A stretch of 63,712 nt of DNA, counting the filler, from Octopus bimaculoides (lineage: Eukaryota), in the NCBI RefSeq assembly GCF_001194135.2. It is 6 parts of 6 records of this genome, joined end to end, with 100 filler letters (N's around TTAATTAATTAA, not from the genome) between each part and the next. Parts side by side here need not be neighbours in the genome. Positions count along the whole stretch, not along the records: positions 1 to 21,287 come from NC_068981.1; 5 more parts are not named here. One strand, given 5' to 3'. How positions within the stretch are numbered: position 1 is the stretch's first letter; every line of letters starts with the position of its first letter. The notes below the pieces were generated by a model, which searched no databases, was not told the DNA's origin, and saw nothing but the letters and a program-made list of their open reading frames with translations. Below, piece by piece: positions 1 through 12,779 of this stretch. Made by a program: the position numbers and the translations under genes.

Positions 1-275
1 TCCGTAGGCTTTTCTTTCCACGGCTAAACCTAAACTGTCCTCCCCTCTTTTTATACGAGAACATTACTGTGATACACGATCCCTATTGATCGCTTTTTCT
101 TTTTTTTTCTCTCGGTCCCTTTTGATCGAACTCCCCTCTTTTTTCCTTCCTACGATCCCTTTTGATCGACACCCACCCCTACTTCTTTTTTCTTCCTTCC
201 CCCTCCTAAAAAGAAAAGCTCTACATTGTATTCGTCCCATCTTTGTTGAGCCCTGTGTGGCTAATAAAAGAAATG
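1..275 (+). mobile_element. 3' UTR/tail of a non-LTR retrotransposon (probably L1/Tx1-like)
   Basis: CT-rich tract ending tttgttgagccctgtgtggctaataaaagaaat, which matches the tails of SINE family A at 28185-28215, 28370-28400 and (minus) 44942-44975; it runs straight into a microsatellite. Confidence 0.5.
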
Positions 276-297
276 TATCTATCTATCTATCTATCTA

Positions 298-337
<40 letters not shown>

Positions 338-406
338 TCTATCTAGATAAATAGATAGATAGATAGACAGACAGACAGAGACAGGCAGACAGACAGACAG
401 ACAGAC

Positions 407-450
<44 letters not shown>
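276..450. repeat. compound (TATC)n(TGTC)n(TATC)n / (TAGA)n(CAGA)n(TAGA)n microsatellite palindrome
   Basis: Read directly; centre atctagat at 341-348. Confidence 0.95.
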
Positions 451-451
<1 letters not shown>

Positions 452-2083
452 TGAGAAAAAGAAGAAATTAGAGGAATTGGCATATAGACATCAGTTTATT
501 TAAAGATATTCAAATCAATATAGTATGAAATTCTTATCCCTACAGCCGTTTCCATATCCAATTAATTCAATTAGAGAAATTAAATTGAATTGAATTAAAT
601 TAAAATTTTCATATTGAAACTGGTTAATTGGGTATTTCATCAGCGGAGAAATTCCAGAAAGGAGTTCCATTCCAACATTTTGGTTAACCCTTGACAGATT
701 CAGATGTGTGCGTTTTGGTAATGCATATATTAAAAAAAAAAAAAACGTAATGAGTATATATATACATGCTTATCAAATATGTGTGATATAGTCGTGCGCG
801 TGCGTTTGTTATTGTTGTGTGGAAGTAGAACACCCCTATATGTTGGCTCCTAATGGACTGTGTCACAATATAAATGGACATGCGCATAGAGCCTTCAGAG
901 CAGTGCAAAGCCGAGAGTTGCGTATAGTTGAGGGTTATTATCAGTATCTTGAGTAGAACGATATGCAAGGACATTATTATTATCCCGTAATATTGTACGT
1001 CGAAGTGCGATACAACAGTTATACATAATATATTGGTGGTGGTGTTGCAGTTAGGGTGAACTAGGTGTTATATATATAGAGAGAGATTGAAAGAAAGACA
1101 TAGAGATAGGTTGAGAGAAAGAGACAGACAGACAGACAGATAGAGAGGGTGAGAGCGCGTTAGCATTCAGCATATAATTGCGCGAGCGTTTGTTAAAATA
1201 TGGAAACCAACAAAAAATATGACGTATCAAAAACTGCTAATTATTTATCATATTATCATATTATAGTATCGCGTCATTCGTATTTGTGCGCAATATTTAT
1301 GGTCATTACAACTATGTAAACAAAGGAAGACTTGAACGTTTCCAAATACAGCTGATAAATTGTTTTCTATATATATATAAAAAAAATTAAAATAACTAAA
1401 GTTACAATCACTATAAATCAATGTGTTTATCTCTTAATTTAATAAATTATATTATAAAATATCAACTACATGAGAACCGTGCTTAATTGAATTCATAGCA
1501 AACCACAATGATACTGTCACCTGTATAGGAAACTTAATGTACATCTTTATCATTTAATATTTTTATGTCAATATCATATCTACTAAATATTCTTTAATGC
1601 TTATATTTACAGATGCAAGTGTAATAAAACGTGAAGTACCAACAAATTCAAATTTCAAATAGTTTTAACATATAGTTTATAATATTATATCTGATGGTAG
1701 TTTTTTGAATACTCATAGACATGCGTTAATACATGAAAAATCAGTTACCTTCCTCGTATATAAGATGAAGTATTAATATTTTGATGTTAATATTTAATAT
1801 AATATCTAATATTTATGATATCCACTAAGAATTTTTTAATTCTTTACAATTATAAATGTACTAAATGGAATACCGTCCGATTTAGAGTACTAGTAGCTTT
1901 AGTGTATAATTGATTTATTTATGATAATAAGATGTTTAATGGTAATTTTGTGAGACCATTTACATGCTTGAGCACATGAAAAACCAATCTCAATCCACGT
2001 ATTCAAGAGGTGCCACCTGGAAAAAAAATTTAGTTTTCCCTGAACACTAGTATAAAGCGGAGAACTAGGATGCAAACACACAG

Positions 2084-2145
<62 letters not shown>

Positions 2146-2291
2146 NNNNNNNNNNNNNNNNNNNNNNNNNNNNNNNNNNNNNNNNNNNNNNNNNNNNNNN
2201 NNNNNNNNNNNNNNNNNNNNNNNNNNNNNNNNNNNNNNNNNNNNNNNNNNNNNNNNNNNNNNNNNNNNNNNNNNNNNNNNNNNNNNATATA

Positions 2292-2326
<35 letters not shown>

Positions 2327-2693
2327 GTGTATGCATAGATTTTGGTTATTGCAACTGATACAGTCTCGCGACTCTAGGTTTTATGAAAATTGATATCCTT
2401 TACAACATATATTAGGCATTCATTCATCCAACAGAGAGTAACGCGCGCGCACATACACATTGCATACACGCAGACACACACGTGTGTATATGCTGTGACA
2501 CTGGGGAAAATAGCACTGTGCTGGTGGTTCCCTGAAATTTCTGTCGATCAACCGATCGATTGATGAAATTGAACCATGAATGCACCCAAATCCATACCTG
2601 AAACAGCTGAAAGGCTATGGTAAATAAAGAAATGTATATACATCATTTCTCTGTATGATTATATATATATAAATATATTAATACATAAAATAC

Positions 2694-2749
<56 letters not shown>

Positions 2750-3502
2750 CTCAATGCACGCTCAAACCTTTGGATCAATCTGTACCATACTTGGGGTACA
2801 TGAATAATTTGACCTAGGAAAGAATAATGCGGTCTGTATTTATTTATTTTTATTAGAAATAAATAGTATTGCTCTATATATAAAGATTCACTTCTTCAAA
2901 TCTTTTTCTCAACTTCCTGTGTTTGAACTTCCTGTATTTGGCGTCCTAACCAGCTATTTAGACGTACATGTATGTATTCATCATTGCAGTTGTGATGATT
3001 TCTGATTAAAAAAAAAAAGAATTTCTAAAGGTGCTTTCATGTCAGAAAAAAAATTCATACGGAGACAGACGCCTTTTTCTCAATTAATTAAATGAGGTAC
3101 TGTATATTGTACATTGATTTCCCAATACATATTTCGGACATTTTTGGAACAAGTCGCCTTATTAAGACTTGATATTTCACATTTAAATTCGATGTGATTA
3201 TTCTTGGCGCAAATCGACTTATTAACACTTTAGCTTAACTGTTTACTCAACGTCAACATAGTAACTAAGTAACCAGCTATTTACACACACACACACACGT
3301 ATGTATACATCATTACAGTTGTGACGATGTCAGATAGAAAAGAATTTCAATAGTTACTTTCATTTTTTATATTCTCCGGCTTTCTATTTGTGTAAGAAAT
3401 ATACCTATGTGAATGTATGTGAGTGAGAAAAAAAATTCCATACCGAGATTTCATTTCATTGATCAGTTGTCAACAGAGCATAAGTACGGATTTTTGCTCC
3501 AC

Positions 3503-3872
3503 CGACTTTGGATGATCATAACTTTCAGAAAAGTAGATATTTGTAATTAAAAGTTTCTACGAATATGTGGTATATCATGTAGATTCCGAATATACAAAAT
3601 TTTTTGGGAAAGTGTTTTTGGCGGGGTGATGAAGGATTTTCGGAAAATTCACCGGAGTCCACTTCAATTCGCTTAAATTTCAGGAAAATGGATATTTTTT
3701 AATGAAATTGTCAATAAATATACCTCGGACTATGTAGATTTCGAGCATATAGAAATTTGGGGGGGAAACAATTGGGTGTTAGTTTTGAGAACTGTTCCCC
3801 ACTCGGAGGTGTTTTGGAACAAGTCGTCCATATTTTGTTACATTTTCTGTTTTGTGCGTTTGTGCATCCGTA
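3503..3872 (+). repeat. left arm of long inverted repeat
   Basis: Aligns by eye to the reverse complement of 4379-4732 from cgactttggatgatcataactttcagaa to tgcgtttgtgcatccgta. Confidence 0.85.
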
Positions 3873-4378
3873 GATTTCTACTGAAGCAACAAGCAATGAA
3901 GGGAAATGAAGCCCTCACCAGAAAACTCATGCTAAGAATAACAGCTAAATGCCTGGTACACAGCTATATGTTATTAAGATGACTTATCTTTTGCATGAAA
4001 TTTTTTTCTCACTTTAAGTACACTCCCAGGTAAGCGGTTCTAATAGAAAGGCAAAAGACACCAGAAGCAAAATTAAAGAATATACACGCACAGTTAAATA
4101 TAGAAGTGTAAAGTACAATTTGTTACATAATCTCTATAATAAACATGATATTGAATGGAATAATTCCCCGTTTGAACTTTTTCATTATATATATGTGTGT
4201 GTGTGAAGACACTGAGAATAAGCATGCCACCCCCTTGTGCTTTTTTTCTACGGATTCCGACCTTGTCTCCAACAGAGATTCTGAATATGCAAAAAAATCT
4301 ACTTTTAGACTTTTTAATACACCCGCTCCTTAACTTTTCAATTTTTTCCCGAAAATTTACGACTAAGGTTAAAGGTTA

Positions 4379-4732
4379 TATACGGATGCACAAACGCAGA
4401 AAACGTTGAAATTGAAACAAATATGGACGACTTGCCCCCCCCCCCAGTAGGGAACAGTTCACAAAAATAACCCCCAATTGTTTTTCCCCCAGATCCTATA
4501 TGCTGGGAATCTATATAGTCCGAGGTATATTTGAAGACAATTTCATTAAAAAATATCCATTTTCTTGAAAGTTAAGACACTAGTGAATTCTCCGAAAATC
4601 CTCTCCACCCCCTCCTAAAATACTTCCCTACAAAATTTTGTATATTCGGAATCTACATGATATAACACATATTCGCAGAAAATTTCATTAAAAAATATCC
4701 GTGTTTCTGAAAGTTCTGATCATTCAAAGTCG
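4379..4732 (-). repeat. right arm of long inverted repeat
   Basis: Reverse complement aligns to 3503-3872. Confidence 0.85.
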
Positions 4733-4744
4733 TAGGGTTGGGCA

Positions 4745-5360
4745 GAAAGCTTGTGGTGAGATGGTACCAACTATCAATGATCTCAATGCATGTGCTCCAA
4801 AACATTGCATAAAACTTCAGCAACAGTCAATGGCTCTGTGAGCGAGCCATTTTAGCTCCATGTAATGATGCTGTCAACAAAATCTACTAGGATCTCTTGC
4901 AGCTGTCACCCAGACAAGAATAGTCTTTCAAATTGCTCGACACTGTCATCGATCAGGAACAGGCTGTAGTTTTTCCATCTGAGTTCCTGGACTCTCTACA
5001 ACCATCTGGGATGCTGCGCCAGCACTTAACACTTAAAAAGCGGGCCCCAATCATGCTGCTCAAGAATCTGGATCCACCTCGTCAGTGCAATGGCACCAAA
5101 CTGGTGGTAAAAACGATGCGACCCCATGTCTTAGATGCAACAATTATGACTGGGAACTATAAGGGTGGGGATGTCTTCATTCCACAGATCCCATTAATCC
5201 CATATGACCTCCCCTTTGAATTTAAACGGTTCCAGTTCGAAGTGAAACTAAGTTTCGCTATGTCAATAAATGAGTCTCAAGGACAATCTCTCAACGTTGT
5301 TGGACTTCATCTTGCTACTCTCATGAGTAATTATACGTAGGATGATCGCGAGTTGGAATC
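4745..5360 (+). pseudogene. Helitron Pif1-family helicase C-terminal fragment (stops and frameshifts)
   Basis: WLCERAILAPCNDAVNKI upstream, then ORF 4933-5340 with FPSEFLDSLQPSG, PIMLLKNLDPPRQCNGTKL, VFIPQIPLIP, FAMSINESQGQSL, all Pif1/Helitron helicase motifs. Confidence 0.92.
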
Positions 5361-6179
5361 TTTTCATTTATACACTAATTAAAGAACATATATAACATAT
5401 GTTCATATATTTAGAAGCTTTAGATAATTAAACTGTGATTGTTTTCCGGATTTGTTTCAATACATTTGTTTATACACACGTCATCTGATAGAAGTTTTGT
5501 TAAATGTACTTATTGACAGGAGGGGAGCGCCCGGAGGCCGGTTCTTCTAAAGTTTATGCATTTTCAAGTTCAACGTGTTTCAAATAAGTACTGACAATTG
5601 AAGGTGACTGCAAAGACAAAGAACTACCAGATTTTTTAAACAATCTTAACCGTGAGAACATCTGATAAAACATGTTATTGACATTAATAGTTTGTACCTC
5701 AGCTAATTACTGTTGAAAACGACATTATCTGTTTCATTTTACTTAGAGATTTAAAAAGCATACTTAATAAATTTCATTATTTTCAATAACCTGGGAAACG
5801 CCGAGTTATTAACGTATGAAGTTGGTATCTTACCTACTAGGAGGTACGACCTGCGTAGTCTATGTTTCATATTAGAGATCTAAAAGGCATGTTTAAATTT
5901 TTTTAATCCGGGCAATTATCTTCAACCCGGGCAACCCCGGGTATTTCTGTTAATATATATATATATATANNNNNNNNNNNNNNNNNNNNNNNNNNNNNNN
6001 NNNNNNNNNNNNNNNNNNNNNNNNNNNNNNNNNNNNNNNNNNNNNNNNNNNNNNNNNNNNNNNNNNNNNNNNNNNNNNNNNNNNNNNNNNNNNNATATAT
6101 ATATGTATGTATATATATATATGTATATAAGCATGTGTGTGTGTATAAAGCAGTTAGAATAGTTATTCTTTGGCTTAAA

Positions 6180-6650
6180 ACCAGTTGAAAATTTTCGAAA
6201 AAGAAAAGAAAACTATTGAGATCGATATAACGTATATTTTCAAGAAAAGAACCTAAACAAATAATCAAACTTTCGAATATAGGTCGTTTGGAAATGTAGG
6301 CCAAAATAACGTCCTCCTCTAACGTCTTGTTATCGAAATAGCTACCTACTGCTTCAAACGACATATTTACAATTTAGTATGAAGACTTTGGGTTCAGCAG
6401 AAAACTCGGTTATTAAACGAATAGGACGCATTGCGTCTCCCACTATATTAAAGAGACTAAATCACTTTCATTAGCATTAACAAGGAAAGAAATTGGTTCA
6501 AAGACAACAATCCTATACGATTTCCAGAAAGACATATCTCGTATTAGTATGTTAAGAAAATTATTACAAGAGCAGGAACAGATGTGAAACAAGCAATAAT
6601 AAAGATGAGCAAAATTTAATGAAAACGATGGGAACATCAAAACTGAAGTC
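6180..6650 (-). mobile_element. decayed hAT transposase, C-terminal third including dimerization motif
   Basis: Across frames: LMFPS, HLFLLL..FS, and LHFQTTYIRKFDYL, resembling the hAT LPFxTTYLCExxFS motif. Confidence 0.55.
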
Positions 6651-6830
6651 TACAGATCAAAGCAATAATTAAATGTCAAAAGGATAAAGAAAGGAAAGTA
6701 TTTTCTTTCGGCTAGATTCAAAATGTGTTGTGTATGTTGAAATACGAAAGAACAGAAAATATATACGATTTATCAAAGCGAGCAATACTAATTTTCAAAA
6801 TATCATAACGGGTGTATTGTATATTGAAAT

Positions 6831-6871
<41 letters not shown>

Positions 6872-6920
6872 CCCACCACCGCGCATGCATGTATATATAN
6901 NNNNNNNNNNNNNNNNNNNN

Positions 6921-6949
<29 letters not shown>

Positions 6950-6951
<2 letters not shown>

Positions 6952-8290
6952 TATTGCTTTGATGATCGCGAATCCTATAATGAGTAAGTTTCAAATGCAA
7001 CACATTGCCAAAGCCGTAATGTTCAAACTGAAACTAATCGTAGAAACGACGACTATTATCTAAACTTTTCAAAAGAATCAATATTAATTAGACATTTTAA
7101 AACTAAACACTCCTACCTTCAAGGAAGAGTTTCAAATTATTTTAAAAGATTATCAGAACGAACAGACCAAACAAGAAAATCTTTTTAAATGTACCGTAGC
7201 AATTTTCGAAATGACTCTGATCGTTTCTTATGAAATAGTTGAAATGGTTACAAAAATAAATATATGAAAAACCATATAAACAATATAAAGTCTCTTCTTT
7301 TGCTGTAGTCAATTATTTTGTCTGCCAGCAGAAAGATTGCTAAGGCAATGTTAACAGATCAAAGCGAATTAAAAATAAGTAAAGCTTCTCTCTGAAATAC
7401 AGTTTATTGGCAAATTTTGAAATTGCTTGCTGACATCGAGAGGAAATTGTATGTTGCCATAAGTTTCAAACATTGAAATTTCACTTTGTAAGTATTGATG
7501 AATCAACTACCAACATTATAAAGATCAGCTATTTAAATAATTGTTCGTTAAATTAATGTAGCTCAAGTAGTATATTAAATTCTGTGGCAAAGAACTACCA
7601 GGTACATAAAAAGGGTGAAAACACTTTTCATATTTTAAATAGGAATTATCATGGATATCCTGTACCGACAGAGTTCTCCCTGTGGTCGACTGCTTGAAAG
7701 AGCTTATAATAGGATGTTATTGCAATTCATTGCTTTCTACATAGAAAGGCGTTGATAGAAAAAATCATTTAGGTTTTAACAACAACTTGTCGAAATGCTT
7801 ACTGTCATTAAAAGCAGTCCATTAATGATTCCTTTGAGAAATGTTTTATTGTCATGGATTCGCAACACATATAGTCGGACGCCAGGACGGAGGGTTTCAA
7901 CTGTATGCACGAACTCTGAAAATAGTTTCACTTTTTTTAAAGAAATAAATGTATAATATTTTTGTGAATATCTTCACTGCTAGTTTGAATAAATAGCCTG
8001 AACAGAAGAATGCAAAGTAAAGAGCAACATGTCCTTAAATTTACAAATAAACCAATAGTTATTTCAGAAAAACTAACATTTCAGGAAAAAGTTATTTCAG
8101 AAACACTAACATTTCACAGAAAATTATAATTTAGTAAAAGAGAGAAAAAGAGAGACGATAATTTTGAAATTTTAACAACTCTAGAAGAGGAAACTAGCAT
8201 TCAATTTCTACCATTGCTCTTAGAAAAATGTCTGGATTTGAAATTCATCCCCAGAAACTCCCTATGATATTAGGTCGAAAGTATCTGAAG
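6950..8290 (+). mobile_element. decayed hAT transposase (Charlie/Buster, ZBED5/FAM200-like), N-terminal to middle
   Basis: Across frames: FKLKLIVET (~SKLKRHLET), SASRKIAKAML, ASL*NTV, SIDEST (catalytic D region), C-xx-H-R-x-AL-like segment, IKSSPL, MDSQH, LNRRMQ. Confidence 0.75.
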
Positions 8291-9899
8291 AAAACGAATT
8301 GTTTATTTTATCTCGTAATCGCAGTAAAAATCAAATATGATGAGTGCCTCGTGAAATATTTAATCAGAGAATAAAATCTTTCAGTAGCTTAAACATTTTT
8401 ACCTAATTTTATTATTATTGCTTGTCCATTAATTGTTTTTCTACAATCTGACTTTATGAATGACGAAATATATTTGACTAAGTCTCTTGAAGGCAGTAGC
8501 CACTGCGTGTCTGCATTTGAATGGCTGACGCTAGTAAAATGTATAACAGAAATGAAGGTAATTTGAGAGTTATGTTAATGTCAGATTTGGTGTCTGGGTA
8601 ATAAGTGAAGCAAATAAAGTTTAAACATCAAACAATTCTTTTCTCATTAATTATCACTAATCTGTGATGCACATCGAGGACTTGCTAATCATCTAGAAAG
8701 GCTTCACTCAGCCGCTTGACCTGCTAAAAGCAGTAAAAGAGACCCCTTCCCCCATATTACATGTTATCCTTATTCTAGCAAGGAAAAGACACACGAGGTA
8801 TTGTATTCTATACCACCCAAAAGAATGGGTGCTTCTAACTATCTAATGCTTTGGATCATTGTTTTACATGATTAACAACTCCCTTACTGTGTACCTAGTC
8901 ATGACTTTTTCAATCATGTTTACAATACACTCGAAATTGGATTTACTTCCACTCCACAACACAGGCCAGACTATATGAAAAGTAAATTGACGTTTCTATT
9001 ATATCGGCACAAAACCTTAGGGAAGGGCATGAAAAGGAGATTACGCGACATGCATGAAAAAAATCCAATACCATAAAATAGAATTATTAACGCTAACGAC
9101 AAGGAAAAGACAATTCATTCTCTCGTAGTTTTTCTCGCCGGCTCATACAAGACAGTCATATTGTATCCCTGGTTTCTTCATCTGTAATGGGAAATAAGGA
9201 AGGAACTTACGTATAGGGCTTTCCTATAAGTAGGCTCCCTTAGCTAGGCGGCGCTCCATGTAGACAATTAAACTTCCGCAGACTATCCACGCTATTGTTA
9301 TTGTTTCGATGATTCAGCTATCGAAGTACTTACTGTGTCTAAGTTAAAGAAATATTTAAGATGATATGGCATCTATTTCTAGCATATAGGAGTCCACTTT
9401 TGCTGGTCATTCCTCTTATTTTTGTATGTAATATAATTTTAATCTTCGGATTTTTTTAATATGCTAGACTACTGGTTCTAATTGATTAATATCAATTTCT
9501 ACCCTTATTAATATATACATATATATATAAAGAAACATATCATAGCTAGGCTTACTCAAAATTCCCACATTCATTCAGAACATTAACAACAATTTCAATG
9601 TATTTATTATTTGAATGCAAAATTCTTTATTAAAAATACCTGTACATCAACACAACAATTATTAGATTAAACATTCGTGTTTAGCCAACGTACACCACTC
9701 GAATTTGTTTCCCCTCTTGAATTTTAACATGTTCTAATCTGTTAATGAGGAGATAATTCAAAGAGACATTTCACTCATCTACTAACTGCGTATATGATCA
9801 TGCACTTACTGATATTTTAAATACTTTGTTTGGAAAAACGGATGGTTCAGGGAAGCTATTATGCTATTGCCTAATTTGTCTCAACAAAAATAATGCAAT

Positions 9900-11061
9900 A
9901 TCACAACACTAATTATTATATGAGATCGTGGCCTTCAAGAAATCAATCAGCTGAACTATTTGCAGAGCAGCTTTTGAAACTCTGTGAAGGGTAAGTTCCA
10001 ATTGATGAAGAACAATTTCTTCAATCTAATATGTAATTCAACGGATTCCGTCGATGATTTGGTAAATGAAAGCTTTCCTAATCTTCATAATTAGAACAAT
10101 ACAGATTGGGTCTATGAACGAACTATCCTGGATCCAAAAATGTTGCTATACATAACATTAGTAATATGCTATTGAATAAGCTTCCGGGAGAAGTATTCAC
10201 TTATAACTCAACTGGCAGAGTTGTTGTTGAGCAGGATATTGTTAACTATCTCATTGAGATTTTGAACTCAGCAGAACCATTGGGTACAGCTCCTCATTGT
10301 CTTCAGCTGAAAAAATGGACTCCTACTATGCTATTACATAATTTGTTACAGCCAATATTATGCGATGGTGCAAAATTAATTGTGCGCAAACTCATGAGGA
10401 ACTGCACTGAGACAAATATTCTCACTGGTTGTGGAAAAGGTAAGACCGTCTTCATTCCTCGCATACCAGTTATACCATCTAATGTTCCATTCCAATTTAA
10501 GTGGTTACAGTTTCCTATCCAGGTTTCGTTTGCCATGAACATTAATAAAAGTCAGGGCCAAACAAACACTACAAACTGCTAGATTGCAACTTGAACAACC
10601 ATGCTTTTCACATGGCTAACTTTATGTAGGAGCATCATGTGTTGGAGCAAAAGCAAATCTTCTTGCATATACATCCGAAATAGTACAAAAAAAAACATTG
10701 TTTATAAAGAAATATTCACTCTTAATGCAAAACGAATACTTCAATGACTTAATTTACCATTACTGTCATTACATTCAAGGATAAGTAAATTTCCTACTTA
10801 AATTAAGTGAATTATATAATTGTTATTACTGTATTGATAAATAAAATAACACATACAACTCACTTATTATTATCATATAATAAACAAACAGAAGTTCATG
10901 TATGAAATTGATTTTTTTTCTACATCAATTATTACATATTTTTCTCTTATAAAAATACACACATACAGGAGGAGTAAATTATATATATATTATACTTTGA
11001 ATGTGACTTCCGAGAAACAGTAAAAGTATTTACCCGAGCAACGTCGGGTATTACTGCTAGT
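9900..11061 (+). mobile_element. Helitron remnant 2 with helicase fragment and intact 3' end
   Basis: FAEQLLKL, DWVYERTILDP, ORF 10166-10582 (VFIPRIPVIP, FAMNINKSQGQT), then PCFSHG*LYVGAS; 3' hairpin tacccga-gcaacg-tcgggta at 11031-11050, CTAG at 11057-11060, followed by T. Confidence 0.93.
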
Positions 11062-12509
11062 ATATATATATACACGTACACACTTACACACCTATAAGTA
11101 TGTATGTATACATGCATGTAAAGTGGGATAGATTTTCTTTTAAACGTTATTAAAAACTCGATTGTTTTTTTTATTAAGGATTTCTTTCAAATATTCTTAT
11201 CAAGGCTAATGTAAATCCATTAGTATTTCTTAATCTTCAGTGTCTAGTTTTCCAGATGAAATAGCTATCGACCAGTGGTGTCTGTTACTGCCATTTTATA
11301 GTATGAAGAAAAAACAAGCACAACACTTAAAACTTATCTTGACATGGTACAGAGTAGCAATATATTTTTGTTAAATTCCAATAGTGCTTCATTGTGGCCT
11401 ATATTTTATTAAAGTAATTGTTGGGTATTGAACAGAAAATATGAAAACAACTAAATGACCGATATATTTTACATATTTTTCGAAACATTCTGGTATAATT
11501 ATTTGTCCACCGAGTTAAATAACTCAGAATGCTGCGAATAGGAACGTATCATTGTCTCCATGGATTTGAATTCTTTCTACATTGCCATAAACTATCCATA
11601 TAAAGGACCAAAAAAAAAATTAAGCGTTTCATACATTTTTAGAATGTTGATTTTAACATTCCAGAATAATGTATATATTATGGAAAAAAAAAGTTTTGAT
11701 TGATTGCTACTATCGGTGCGAATACTTCTTTTAGAGATATTGTAATCAGTTAAATTTCGGAAAATGGATAGTGTGGTAGTCAAATGACAAGAAGCAAACG
11801 TTCAAATACGGTGATTGGCAAATTGGAATACTGGGCGCTGGATAAAGAAATTTAACTTAGCAATTCTAGCTCTGAACATATAACAAATAAATATATAGCT
11901 GACAATTCTTCATGTATGGGAACATTAAGAAGTGTCTTTTTGGGGGGATATGGTGCGATTTTACAGGCACTTCAAAGTATTGATGAATCGTCATGAATTT
12001 CACCATTTTATGGTAGAGAAAATGGTTAAAGGCAACTTACTTTAATACTTTGAGACCCTTTTTTTACTCTGTGACTTCACCAGTTTTCTAAAGAGCTAGA
12101 GTTCTCGGAGATCCTCTTTTCTAGGTTAAACTACCAGTGTGTGATGTGTGATCTAGGAAAAGGATATCTTCGTTGTTCTTGATATTTAACAATATCTTCA
12201 AACTATTGTGTTGCAAGAACCGCTTATGATAGTTGTTCACTTACAATTACTATTTATGTAATATTCATGACTGAAAGTGTCCAGTCAAACCATTCCGTCG
12301 TAGCATATGATATCTGGGTTTTCTTAGAACCCAATTCTGTCAATTATTTCTCAGGAATGGGTTATGTTTCCCACATTTTCCATTCTAAGCTTAATTGACA
12401 CTTTGGCTATTACATATTCTCTATTATTTCTAAGTAATACACTATATATATTTTTCGCATTCACGCACAACCTAGATCATCTTACTCTTGATATATACAT
12501 CATTTTTAA

Positions 12510-12723
12510 GGCGGCGAGCTGGCAGAATCGTTAACATGCCGGACGAAATGCTTAGCAACATTTCGTCTGCCACAACATTCTGAGTTCAAATTCCGCCGAG
12601 GTCGATTTTGCCTTTCATCATTTCGAAGTCGATAGATAAAGTACCAGTTGCGTACTTGGGTCGGTGTAATCAACTAGTCCCTTCCCCACCAAATTTCAGG
12701 CTTTGTGCCTATAATAGAAAGGA
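12510..12723 (+). mobile_element. tRNA-derived SINE, family A
   Basis: Head ggcggcgagctggcagaatcg (A box) and gagttcaaattcc (B box); body repeated more than 10 times in the window. Confidence 0.9.
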
Positions 12724-12779
12724 TATACACATCATTTCCATGAAAAAAACAACAACAACAACGACAACAAAACCCAGTT

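Larger units (their letters stand above)
2670..5952 (+). mobile_element. Helitron remnant 1 (5' boundary uncertain)
   Basis: Helicase fragment at 4745-5360; 3' hairpin acccgg-gcaacc-ccgggt at 5925-5942 followed by atttctgttaat (a mutated CTAGT end). The stretch at 2690-2820 (GT repeat then ...ctcaaacctttggatcaatctgtaccatacttgg) resembles 5' regions of non-autonomous Helitrons from memory. Confidence 0.7.

Noticed and set aside
11900-12400. Possible DNA-transposase C-terminus (PFPRSH ~ FPCHTQ)
   Set aside because: Single weak motif; the rest is not alignable by eye
12510-12610. tRNA gene (A and B boxes)
   Set aside because: A-B spacing is expanded, I could not fold a cloverleaf, and it continues into a repeated body: a SINE head
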